From positions 1 through 25,437 of the IMG/VR virus record IMGVR_UViG_3300006120_000085: a DNA stretch of 25,437 nucleotides; one strand, 5' to 3'. The translations under genes were made by a program, and so were the position numbers. The stretch is from a virus. Lineage: Duplodnaviria > Caudoviricetes. Below, in pieces: positions 1 through 9,384 of this stretch (position 1 is the stretch's first letter; each line of letters starts with the position of its first letter). Under the pieces are notes generated by a model. The model saw only the letters and a list, made by a program, of their open reading frames with translations. It was not told the DNA's origin and searched no databases.

Positions 1-1136
1 TGTGTACTTGTACCGTAAATCGTTGCAAACCAAGCACTAGTTGACCCAATGTTAATACTTGCGTTAGAACTTGGTACAATGGTTGACGATGTAGTTATAC
101 CAGCAAATGTAGGAGCATCTGTGGTTCTCAAGTTCTGGTTCAAGTTGACGCTAGCACCTAGTGTAACTGTATAGCTACCGTTGTTAACACCAGTACCACC
201 ATAAGTTGGACCAACTACAGCAGACTGCCACGCACCTGTACCAATAAAGTTATTTTGTAGTGTAATAGATCCGCTGTTAATTGATGAATTACCCTGCAGA
301 TATGCAGTTTGAACAACGTTTGCAGTCTCAGTTGTAAAATTTGTAATGGTGTTAATCTGTGTAGTGTTGCCGCTAACAGTCAAGTTACCCGAAATGTAAA
401 CGTTACCATTACCTGCAATAAACATACTGTCACCGGCCGTGGTCACAGCGTTGGTAATAAAGTGAATGCCGTTGTTGTTCCAAGTACCAACAACTAAATC
501 GCCACCCTGTGAGTAAGCATAGCTCGCACCTGCTGTATTCAATGAGTTATTAACAAATCCACTAGCGCCTGCGTTAAAACCACTGCTATTAACACCAACG
601 TCAATAAAACTAGTACCAGTGTTGTTGTATGCTGTAAAACTTGCACTGGCGTTACCAGTGTTGCTCAAGTTTTGTACCGCAACGTAGTTATAGCCAGGAA
701 TGTTAGATACAAACGATGCAACAAGACCATAGTCTGGGCCATAGTTAATTGGACCACCTACGTTCAATTGCCCATAGCTAGATGTTGTACCTGTGCTGGT
801 CAATGTCACTGGGTTGGAGATGTTGCTGCCAATATATGTTGCACCAACGTTACCAATTGTGGCTGCATTAATTACACCTGTTACTAAAGTACCGTTTACA
901 GTCTGACCAGTTGAGCTGATGTTTACAACGTTGGTGTTAGAGATGTTTGCAAATATGTTATTTGCCGAAACACTGACGTTACTTGACCCGTTAAAGATAC
1001 TTGCTGGATTTAAACCACCAAAGCTGCCACCAATGGTTGAGATATTACCAGTGGTTGTGATATCGCCGTTGCCCGCGAAGATTGTTAAGTTACCAACTGA
1101 TAACCCGTTTTGTACTACGAAATTGCTGTTTGCCAT
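1..1136 (-). CDS. Tail fibre / virion structural protein, 5' part (runs off the left edge; absent from the ORF track)
   Basis: ATG at 1136-1134 follows a GGGGAAATAA purine tract. Hand translation gives MANSNFVVQNGLSVGNLTIFAGNGDITTTGN...SAWFATIYGTST and the frame reads open to the edge. It has the same G/N/T/S-rich composition and the ASASF.A...GT..ID.G.NSSGF module seen in the neighbouring 1046-aa protein. Confidence 0.85.
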   Translation of the reverse strand, partial: MANSNFVVQNGLSVGNLTIFAGNGDITTTGNISTIGGSFGGLNPASIFNGSSNVSVSANNIFANISNTNVVNISSTGQTVNGTLVTGVINAATIGNVGATYIGSNISNPVTLTSTGTTSSYGQLNVGGPINYGPDYGLVASFVSNIPGYNYVAVQNLSNTGNASASFTAYNNTGTSFIDVGVNSSGFNAGASGFVNNSLNTAGASYAYSQGGDLVVGTWNNNGIHFITNAVTTAGDSMFIAGNGNVYISGNLTVSGNTTQINTITNFTTETANVVQTAYLQGNSSINSGSITLQNNFIGTGAWQSAVVGPTYGGTGVNNGSYTVTLGASVNLNQNLRTTDAPTFAGITTSSTIVPSSNASINIGSTSAWFATIYGTST

Positions 1137-1174
1137 TTATTTCCCCGGTTCCATATTCCCCGAAAAGGAAGTTA

Positions 1175-1201
1175 AGTTGGGCCAGCCTATCCAGCCCAAC
1201 T
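1175..1201 (-). other. Intergenic stem-loop (processing, stability or attenuation element)
   Basis: Minus strand AGTTGGGCTGG-ATAGG-CTGGCCCAACT forms an 11-bp stem with two G-U pairs just after the stop of the 1647-aa gene. It has only a weak U tail. Confidence 0.5.
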
Positions 1202-1203
1202 AC

Positions 1204-4200
1204 TTAGATTGCCATATAATCTCGTTTGATTCTCAAGATTGTATTTGCGTTGGTTGTTGTAGCCTGTAACTGAGCAATGTTACCGCTAGTTGTTGCGCTC
1301 CAAGTTACCAATGTGTTACCAGCAGTGTTTACTCTGCCGTAGCTCATTACTGTTGCTGTACCAGCACCCGCTGCGCTACCATTGTGAACCATCAATAGCT
1401 CACTGATTTCACGAATGTTTGTGCCCTGAATTGTTGCTGTGATTGTGTATTTTGCACTGCTATAGTTGTTAGCATACAAACTATCAACTGTGGTCGCAAT
1501 GCCAGCTGTACCAACTGTTACGTTTGGACTTAGTGTTACAAAGCCACCGTTTGTATCAACTGCGTACTGACTGGTTGCACTGCCACCGATAACACCAGTT
1601 GTGAACAAAATACCAACGTTGCTGCTTGTAGCAGAGAATGTCTGAATACTGTTAAAACCAGTAGTATCATTCAACTGACTTACAGTACTTGTTGTAGTCA
1701 ATACACGAACATCGATCACGTCACCGTTAGCTGGGTTTTCTGTGAATGTCAGTGTTGTACCGCTTATGCTGTAAGCCAGTGTTGGAATCTGCAACACACC
1801 GTTGATACTTACAATAGTACTTGCAGTTGTTGCTGCACTGCTTAGAGTGAACGCTGCTGTGCTACCAGTGCCAGTAAACTGTTGGTCTGTGATAACTGTA
1901 ATAGTACTAGATGGAGCTTGCCAAGCAGTTCCGTTATAGAATTCAAGGCCACCGCTTGTTGTGTTATAACGCAACATACCAACTGTGTCAGTACCACCAG
2001 TTGAGCCCGGACGCTGTGCTGTAGTACCTGTTGGTAGCAACATCGAATCAGTTGAGTTAACAACCAACTTAGCGCCTTGTGGGAATGATGTAGTTGCGCC
2101 GCTTCCACCAATGATAACTGCATCATAAGCAGTCAATGGTTTAGCGTAAAGCAATGTGCCGTCATTTGCACCTTTTACGATAAGAGCATTTTGGTTAGCT
2201 GCTCCGCTTGTACCTGCACTAGCCTGAGCAGTGTTGAATACTGCACCACCTACTTGTGTGCTGTAACCACCGTGATATACGTTACCACTGATACTTGCAC
2301 CACCCCAAACTTGTAGAGCACCAGTGTTTGCGCTCAATGTGTTTGTGGTTGGTAGTTTTACTACGAATGTACCACTGTTGCTTGTATTACCGTGGAAGCG
2401 AGCAACTTCTGCGTTAGCATAGAAGCTACCAACACCGATTACGATATCGTTGTAGTTACCAGCATAGTCTGTGCTTAGAACCAAGTTGCCGCCAACTGTG
2501 TTGTTTGCAGCACTAGCGAACAAATAGCCGTCATTGGCTTTAGTGATTGAGTAAACTGGGTCGTTGAATCCGTCACCGGTAAAGCCCATGTCCATCCAGC
2601 CGTGATCGTTGTTTGGACCAGGATAATTATTTGCATACGCAATAAAGTCGCTTGATCCAGTGTTAGTGCCGTTGATCAATGCACTTTGTGTATACTGTGT
2701 ACCAGCACCTGTAGTACTTGTACCACGAGCAACTGTCAAAGCGCCAGTCAATACAGTAGACTGTGAGCTTGTACCAACAAAGAACTGACCAGCAGTGTTA
2801 ATGTTGCCGCTAGTAGCAATACCACCCTGTACTATCAACGCACCAGTTGTTGTGCTGTTTGTAGGAGTAGTATTTGAAATTGTAACTAGCCCGTTAAAGT
2901 TTGCAGTGCCAGTAAAGTTTGATACACCCATAACTGCCAAGTTTGTGTTTGCAGTTATGTTTGCCAACGAAGTTAGACCAGTAGCAACTGTCAATGTTTG
3001 AGTTGCTACGATGTTACCACCGCTGTCAATAGTCATTGCACTAAATGCAGTGTTACTATTCAACGGAGTAACGTTAAGCTGCATCGTAGTACCCTGGGCA
3101 GTATCAGTAAAGTTCTGAGCTGCTTTGACTACCAAACCGTTACTTGATACAGCGTTTGCCAAGTTAAAGCTAGTAGCTCCGTAACCACGAATAACAAATG
3201 CGCCCAGTGTATCACCACTTTGTGATGCTGATGGACTAGCTGCCGTGCCTCTTGCACTACGAGCAACAATCAATGATGTAACGTTTGATGTACCAACACT
3301 GTCAACTGTTAATTTTGCAGCAGTGTTTGCAATACCAAATATGTGTACAGTAGACGTACTGTTGAATGGACCTGCGTTGTTTTGGTTGACTTCAAGTGCT
3401 GTCAGAGCACCAGCTGAACCGTTACCTGTACCGATAACAACGTTACCCAGAAGTTGATGCACACCTGTGCTAGAACCAGCGTTCAAGTTACCAGTGATAC
3501 CAGCACCACCTGTTACTTGTAGTGCACCAGTGCCTGTACTTGTACTTGCGACTCCGCTACCAGCTATGATTGCCCCGCTGGCACTCAACTGTCCGTTGAC
3601 TTGTAGTGTTTGGATATAAGAAGTACCTGAGCCGTTAAATGCTGTTGCACTCAATGTACCAGTGTTTGGGTTAACGTTGATAGAAGTATTAGTATATGCA
3701 CTTGCATTACCAGTTGCTACGTTGTAGAATGGGACATAGAACGTAGCGTTAGTTGTACTGTTGGTCAACTGTTCGTACAGTGCGACGTTGGCTGTTGGCA
3801 CTGTGGCTGTGATACCACTAGCGTTGATGTTAGTCAAATAAGCACCAGACCCAATGAATGCTGTTGCAGCCAAATTGCCTGTGCTTGGGTTATATGTTAA
3901 CGCACTGTTAGTATATGTTGCAACGTTACCAGTTGTAGCATTAACAAATTCAACATAGTATGTTGCATTTGTAGATGAAGTTGCTACGTTATCATAATAT
4001 GACACGTTAGCAGTTGCCACTGTACCAGAAACTGATGTTGCTGCCAAAGTACCAATCAACGTAGTTGCATTAACTGTGGTAGCAAAGATTGTATTAACCC
4101 CGCTGATGTTACCGTTCGAACCAGCAGTAATTAAGTTACCAACTGTTGCATTACCAGTCAATGTAGCTGTTGCACCACTGAATGCTGTGTTTGTATTACC

Positions 4201-6147
4201 AATCGTAGCTGCGTAGACGTTGGTTGCATTGGCTGTTGTAAAGTAACCCAAGTTTGGAGTTACGTTACCGATTACGCCTTGGAAGCTAGCACCTGTTGCA
4301 GTGTTCAAACTGGTTGAACCACTTACAGTCAGACCAGTTAATGTACCAGTGCTTGTAATATTTGGTTGAGCTGCTGTACTTAATGTTCCAGTTAATACTG
4401 CACCAGCATTACCAATAGTAGCAGCCTGTAATGTAGTAGCATTAGCAGTTGTAAAGAATGCAGTTGTTGGGGTTATGTTACCAATAACACCCTGAAAGCT
4501 ACCTGCAGTCATGGTCGTAAATGCGCCAGTACCAGGAGTTACGTTACCAATTGCCACTGCTTGCAATCCACCGACTGATTCAGTATTTGCTGTGACTGTT
4601 GTAAAAGTAGCTGCCGATGGGGTTACGTTACCAATAACACCTTGGAAACTAGCACCAGTTACTGTAGTGAATGCACCAGTGTTAGGGGCAGCGTTACCAA
4701 TCGGAGTATTTTGAACACCGCCACCAATGTAGGCCGCGCCGGTGATGCCTGCTCCGCCCAATACTTGTAAAGCCCCGCTTGTTGTGCTTGTGCTTGCAGT
4801 GCCGCTGTTGGCCTGTAAAGTACCAGCAACAACTTCACTACCGCTTAACTGAGTAATAGTAGTGTTCAAATATGTTAATATACCGTCAACTTCTAAGTTG
4901 CCAGTGACTTTTACGTTGCCACCAACAAACAAGTTGGCCTGTGTACTGATACCACCAGTAACTTGCAGAGCACCAGTTGTTACACTAGTTGCTTGAGTAC
5001 TGTTTGTTAATTGAGTGACTCCGCTGGCTGATAATGTAGTAAATGCCGCTGTGCCAGGAGTTACGTTACCAATTGCCACTGCTTGCAAACCACCAGTTGT
5101 AGCTGTAGTGAATACTGCTGTGCCAGGAGTTACGTTACCAATTGCCACTGCTTGCAATCCACCAGTTGTAGCTGTAGTAAACACAGCAGTACTAGGAGTT
5201 ACGTTACCAATGATACCTTGAAAGCTAGCACCAGTTATTGTGTTTAGTGTGCTAGTACCACTGGAGTTTAATGTAGCAAATGTGCCAGTAGTACCGCTGA
5301 AAGCTGTTGCAGATAATGTACCTGTACTTGGGTTAACGTTTACTGTTGTAACTGCACCAGTTACACTATTGCCGCTGGTTACGTTAGCAAATTCTAAGTA
5401 ATATGTTTGATTGTTGCTCAGTGGGGTGATAACATCATAATATGCAACGTTGGCACTTTGAGCAGTAGTTGCACCACCAGTCAACGTACCAGTAAAGTTA
5501 GCAGCATAGACGTTACCATTGGTCAATACCAAGTTACCGTTTACACTGGTTATGTTGCCTACTACGTTGATGTTTGCATAGTTAGTAATACCAAGAGTAC
5601 CAGTATAGACAGCACCCATCGCATAAACAACGTTTGATACGTTGGCTGCGGCTGCTGGCACACTAGTATCAGCAAAGTTAATAATACCTGCCTGATAGTC
5701 AAAGAACCAGCTATCGTTGGCACCTGAACCCGCAACTGGTAGCTGTGTAAAGTTTGCTACGCTAGATGCACTAGCGCCCGGAGGACCTGCGTATAGTTTC
5801 AATTGATAACCAGAACCAAAGCTAGGAGGAATCCAGTTTGTAATACCTGTGTTCCAAGTTTCTTGGCTCACACTTTCACTCAATGCAGTTGCCTGTACTA
5901 CTGCACTTGTGTTTGTGTTATATACTGAAACAATTGTACTGCCGTTGACTACAGTGTTACTAGTTGGAGCAGATGCTGTGCTTGGGATATAATAGTCTTG
6001 CTGCCAAATATATTGACCTGGTGTTAATAATGGGCTAGCTATACTTTCGTTAAACGGATATTTTGCGGTAGATGTATCCGTTTTGGCTACACTATAACCA
6101 ACCTTTTTATTTAAGTAGTCAACAATTTGCGTTTGTGATATTGCCAT
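1204..6147 (-). CDS. Large tail fibre / virion structural protein (1647 aa) with internal repeats
   Basis: Very T/G/A/N/S-rich. Contains repeated IGNVTP..A.FTT and T.TGALQV.GG.GI motifs, an LPTGTTAQRP...G.LRYN...E.YNG..W motif and a C-terminal module shared with the 497-aa protein. Lies in the structural cluster. Confidence 0.8.
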   Translation of the reverse strand: MAISQTQIVDYLNKKVGYSVAKTDTSTAKYPFNESIASPLLTPGQYIWQQDYYIPSTASAPTSNTVVNGSTIVSVYNTNTSAVVQATALSESVSQETWNTGITNWIPPSFGSGYQLKLYAGPPGASASSVANFTQLPVAGSGANDSWFFDYQAGIINFADTSVPAAAANVSNVVYAMGAVYTGTLGITNYANINVVGNITSVNGNLVLTNGNVYAANFTGTLTGGATTAQSANVAYYDVITPLSNNQTYYLEFANVTSGNSVTGAVTTVNVNPSTGTLSATAFSGTTGTFATLNSSGTSTLNTITGASFQGIIGNVTPSTAVFTTATTGGLQAVAIGNVTPGTAVFTTATTGGLQAVAIGNVTPGTAAFTTLSASGVTQLTNSTQATSVTTGALQVTGGISTQANLFVGGNVKVTGNLEVDGILTYLNTTITQLSGSEVVAGTLQANSGTASTSTTSGALQVLGGAGITGAAYIGGGVQNTPIGNAAPNTGAFTTVTGASFQGVIGNVTPSAATFTTVTANTESVGGLQAVAIGNVTPGTGAFTTMTAGSFQGVIGNITPTTAFFTTANATTLQAATIGNAGAVLTGTLSTAAQPNITSTGTLTGLTVSGSTSLNTATGASFQGVIGNVTPNLGYFTTANATNVYAATIGNTNTAFSGATATLTGNATVGNLITAGSNGNISGVNTIFATTVNATTLIGTLAATSVSGTVATANVSYYDNVATSSTNATYYVEFVNATTGNVATYTNSALTYNPSTGNLAATAFIGSGAYLTNINASGITATVPTANVALYEQLTNSTTNATFYVPFYNVATGNASAYTNTSINVNPNTGTLSATAFNGSGTSYIQTLQVNGQLSASGAIIAGSGVASTSTGTGALQVTGGAGITGNLNAGSSTGVHQLLGNVVIGTGNGSAGALTALEVNQNNAGPFNSTSTVHIFGIANTAAKLTVDSVGTSNVTSLIVARSARGTAASPSASQSGDTLGAFVIRGYGATSFNLANAVSSNGLVVKAAQNFTDTAQGTTMQLNVTPLNSNTAFSAMTIDSGGNIVATQTLTVATGLTSLANITANTNLAVMGVSNFTGTANFNGLVTISNTTPTNSTTTGALIVQGGIATSGNINTAGQFFVGTSSQSTVLTGALTVARGTSTTGAGTQYTQSALINGTNTGSSDFIAYANNYPGPNNDHGWMDMGFTGDGFNDPVYSITKANDGYLFASAANNTVGGNLVLSTDYAGNYNDIVIGVGSFYANAEVARFHGNTSNSGTFVVKLPTTNTLSANTGALQVWGGASISGNVYHGGYSTQVGGAVFNTAQASAGTSGAANQNALIVKGANDGTLLYAKPLTAYDAVIIGGSGATTSFPQGAKLVVNSTDSMLLPTGTTAQRPGSTGGTDTVGMLRYNTTSGGLEFYNGTAWQAPSSTITVITDQQFTGTGSTAAFTLSSAATTASTIVSINGVLQIPTLAYSISGTTLTFTENPANGDVIDVRVLTTTSTVSQLNDTTGFNSIQTFSATSSNVGILFTTGVIGGSATSQYAVDTNGGFVTLSPNVTVGTAGIATTVDSLYANNYSSAKYTITATIQGTNIREISELLMVHNGSAAGAGTATVMSYGRVNTAGNTLVTWSATTSGNIAQLQATTTNANTILRIKRDYMAI
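5048..5178. repeat. 69-bp-period coding tandem repeat (TTATTGGLQAVAIGNVTPGTAVF), with further copies at 4532-4572 and 8747-8802
   Basis: 5048-5109 and 5117-5178 match at 61/62 nt. 4532-4572 is identical to 5123-5163. 8747-8802 matches 5108-5163 at 51/56 nt. Confidence 0.9.
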
Positions 6148-6162
6148 TTTATATTTCTCTTA

Positions 6163-9100
6163 TTATGTAGCGATGCTTAATGCAGTCAACGATTGTCCGC
6201 TAGTCAGTTTAACTCTGACATAGATTTCATTACTCTTATTACCAGCACTTGATGTATTTACAGATCCTAGTGTTACTTGGACGCTGTATGATCCGTTTGA
6301 GTTCAGTGTTGCGTTACCACCAACAGCACAGCCGTTAGTACCGTTACCGCCAGTACCTGTACCTGGAACACCAGCACCACCATAAGCAGAAGCACAGTTT
6401 AACCATCCGTTGGTTGGACTTGCTGGAGTATCTGTTACACCTGGACAAGCCATCCACAAGCCAGCCAATGTGCCTGTATAGTTGATGTGGAATGTAGACA
6501 AAGCTGCCAATGAAAACTTGAATGTGTAATATTGGCTACTGCTACGACCCGAACTTAAGTTTGGTCCTACTGGATAATAACCACTTGAGTAGTTTGTAAT
6601 ATCATATTGTAGTTTTGCAGCCACCACTGTTGCGTCTGTTGACAACAATGTACTAGACGAACTGTTAAATGCACTTTCGCTACCAGTGTAAGCAGGAGTA
6701 TCTGCCGCAGTTCCGCCGTCTGGGTTGACAATACGGAATGTACTTGGCGCACCACTCAATGTGTTGGTCATTGCAGTTTCTTCAATCTGCGTAGTCGTAC
6801 CTGTCTTATACAAAATAATGTTTCCTGGGGCAAATGCTCCGCTGCTAGTAGTTGCATATGGAGTTGAAACACTTACTGCTGGTCCAAGTGTTGAAGCTGC
6901 ACTACCAAATCCTGTTGTTACGTTTGACGTAGTTGAGAATGAATAGGGTGATGCATTATTGCGTGTCAGCGGAAGAGGAACACCCACCTGCGCTAGTGTT
7001 CTGTTGGCCGGAGCTAGTAGAGCCCCACCCGATCCAGTTGATGAGAAGAAGTTAGCACTAGTGCTTGACCAAGCTGAATAATACAAGTCACCGCTCAAGT
7101 TCTGCACAGTACCAGATAGAGTAAAGCCAGCACTGCTGTTCAAGTGAGGGATAGTACTTGAATATGTAACTGTGTTACTACTCAATACCATGCTTGTTGC
7201 ACTGAAAGCAGGGGAGCTAGGAGCACTTGCGTCATAGTACCAAGTAATTGTGTTTGTGCTTGCACCGTCACCAGTATAGTACAAGTTAGTTCTGTTCCAG
7301 CCACTAGAGATACCAGTCAGACTGCTAGAAACACTGAAAATATACCAGAACCCAGCTGGCACACTGCTTGATACTACGTGATAATCTTCTGCCGCAGAAA
7401 TTGTTATTTGTCCATATGATCCGTTGTCTGCGCTTGAAGCAGTAGAACTAAAATTATGATAACTGTTTGATGGAATAGAGCCATTGACAAACAACTGAAT
7501 ATTGCCGCCACTGGCAGTTGTACCGTTGTTTGATATTGTATTAAGACCAAATGTACTTACTCTGGTAGAAGTTGAAACTAAAGTACCAGCACTTACTGCC
7601 AAGTTACCCCAACCACTGTTGTCTACCTGAGACCAACCACTTGTCATATAACCCGAGTACTCGCCTGTACTTGTAGTCAGAGTGCTTGTTGGGAAACTTG
7701 ATGGAGCGCTTGGTACTAGCTTACCTAAAATTGCGTTCAATTGAGCCACAGCATCTGTTATATCAGTGCTACTAGTCAATGATACAGCGTTACTTACTAA
7801 CTGTCCTGCTGTGTTAGCGCCAAGCTGAATACTATTACCCAGCAATGATGCGAAGCTCAAGTTACCCGCACCGTCAGTAACGATAGTATAGCCACTAGAG
7901 CCACCAGTGATCTGTACGTTGCTGATACTACCTAGACCAATCTTACCAGTGTTGCTACTAATTGCATTACCGTAAATAGTCAAGCTACCAACACCAGAGT
8001 TAGCGACAATGTTACCAGTAGTGTTTACTGTAGTGAATACTGCTGTGCTCGGAGTTGTACTACCAATTGGGGTAGCCTGAATGCTACCAGCGTATAATGA
8101 ACCCTGAATACCAACACCACCTGCAATCTGCAATGCACCTGATGTAGTGTTTGTGGCTGCTGTAGTAGATTTAACTACGAAAGCGTTACCGTTGGCCTTG
8201 ATACGACCGTATTCATAGACATTACTAATGTCTGTACCGTTTGTAGCAAATATGATATCGTTATGAACAGATGCTAGTAATAGATTACCGCCACCAGTAT
8301 TTGTATTACCATGAATATACAAATATCCGTCATTTGGACCTTGTGTTGCTGTGGGAGTGAAACCACTTGAGTTAATACCAAAGTCAATATATGTATCAAC
8401 TGCTGTACCGTTGTCCGCAGTGGCCACATAGTCTGTACTTGCGTTCGAACCGCTGCTGATGTTTTGATGGTTAAGCTGTGCGTATCCGTTGAAGTTTGTA
8501 CTGTTTTGTATTACTGTTTGTGGTTGATATACGTACCCACTATTGATACCAGCATACACTGCACCAAAGCCACTGGCATTACCAAAAAACTGAGCGCTGT
8601 TACCAGTAATAGTGCTTACTGCATTAGGAGTAAAGTTAATGTTACCAGCGACCCACAAGTTACCAGCAATGTAAGTGCCGCCCGCAACTTGTAATGCCCC
8701 AGATCCAATGCCTGTTGTTGCTGTAGTTGCTGTAATGTTTGCTGTTGTGAATACTGCTGTACCAGGAGTAGCGTTACCAATTGCAACTGCTTGCAACCCA
8801 CCCACTGTGGCAGTGTTTAAAGTTGTTGGGCCAGTTACGACCAATGTACCAGTTGTTTCGCTGACTGATACCAAGTTACCGACTTTGACGTTAGCAAACC
8901 CACTGCTGGTTAAACTTGTAGCATTTGTCGCAGTACTAGTTGTAGCAATAGCTTCAAAGGCCTGATCGTTTTCGACCCAAACCCAAGCAGTGTTGACTGA
9001 ACCGTATGGGGCTAATGGTGTCAAGTTACGATTGATCAACATACCAATGTCGTAACCGCTCAGAGAGCCACCGTATCCGTTGTTGAAAGTAACGATTGGG

Positions 9101-9303
9101 TCGTTGATGTACGTGTTAGTAGCGTTAATGGTTGCAGCATTACCAGTATTCGCCAAGAACAAGTTACCGTTGATTGTGACGTTGCTGTTAAGCGTTAGTG
9201 ATGACGCAAATAAGTTACCTGTCAAAGATCCAGATTGCAACTTCGCATAGGCTACGATGGTACTATCTGTGATCTGATTATTCTGAATACGGGTTATAGA
9301 CAT
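6163..9303 (-). CDS. Virion structural / fibre protein (1046 aa)
   Basis: S/T/G-rich. Shares the GGLQAVAIGN.TPGTAVFTT and TSGALQ..GG repeats with the 1647-aa protein and the TDG.GN.SF...GN.I.LG...SNAVS block with the 497-aa protein. CAGGAAG RBS and an AATAAATA promoter variant lie upstream. Confidence 0.8.
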   Translation of the reverse strand: MSITRIQNNQITDSTIVAYAKLQSGSLTGNLFASSLTLNSNVTINGNLFLANTGNAATINATNTYINDPIVTFNNGYGGSLSGYDIGMLINRNLTPLAPYGSVNTAWVWVENDQAFEAIATTSTATNATSLTSSGFANVKVGNLVSVSETTGTLVVTGPTTLNTATVGGLQAVAIGNATPGTAVFTTANITATTATTGIGSGALQVAGGTYIAGNLWVAGNINFTPNAVSTITGNSAQFFGNASGFGAVYAGINSGYVYQPQTVIQNSTNFNGYAQLNHQNISSGSNASTDYVATADNGTAVDTYIDFGINSSGFTPTATQGPNDGYLYIHGNTNTGGGNLLLASVHNDIIFATNGTDISNVYEYGRIKANGNAFVVKSTTAATNTTSGALQIAGGVGIQGSLYAGSIQATPIGSTTPSTAVFTTVNTTGNIVANSGVGSLTIYGNAISSNTGKIGLGSISNVQITGGSSGYTIVTDGAGNLSFASLLGNSIQLGANTAGQLVSNAVSLTSSTDITDAVAQLNAILGKLVPSAPSSFPTSTLTTSTGEYSGYMTSGWSQVDNSGWGNLAVSAGTLVSTSTRVSTFGLNTISNNGTTASGGNIQLFVNGSIPSNSYHNFSSTASSADNGSYGQITISAAEDYHVVSSSVPAGFWYIFSVSSSLTGISSGWNRTNLYYTGDGASTNTITWYYDASAPSSPAFSATSMVLSSNTVTYSSTIPHLNSSAGFTLSGTVQNLSGDLYYSAWSSTSANFFSSTGSGGALLAPANRTLAQVGVPLPLTRNNASPYSFSTTSNVTTGFGSAASTLGPAVSVSTPYATTSSGAFAPGNIILYKTGTTTQIEETAMTNTLSGAPSTFRIVNPDGGTAADTPAYTGSESAFNSSSSTLLSTDATVVAAKLQYDITNYSSGYYPVGPNLSSGRSSSQYYTFKFSLAALSTFHINYTGTLAGLWMACPGVTDTPASPTNGWLNCASAYGGAGVPGTGTGGNGTNGCAVGGNATLNSNGSYSVQVTLGSVNTSSAGNKSNEIYVRVKLTSGQSLTALSIAT

Positions 9304-9336
9304 TTAATCTTCCTGAGTTTTCGTCTTCTGTTCTTG

Positions 9337-9344
9337 TATTTATT
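9337..9344 (-). promoter_or_regulatory. T4-type late promoter variant AATAAATA
   Basis: One mismatch to TATAAATA, intergenic, 33 nt upstream of the 1046-aa gene start. Confidence 0.6.
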
Positions 9345-9384
9345 AATCCCGTGGTAGTACAGCCCTCGAACTAACTGTCTGAGA

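Noticed and set aside
5048-5211. CRISPR array or DGR template/variable repeat
   Set aside because: The units are in-frame coding repeats without unique spacers, differences are not adenine-specific, and no cas or reverse transcriptase gene is present in the window.
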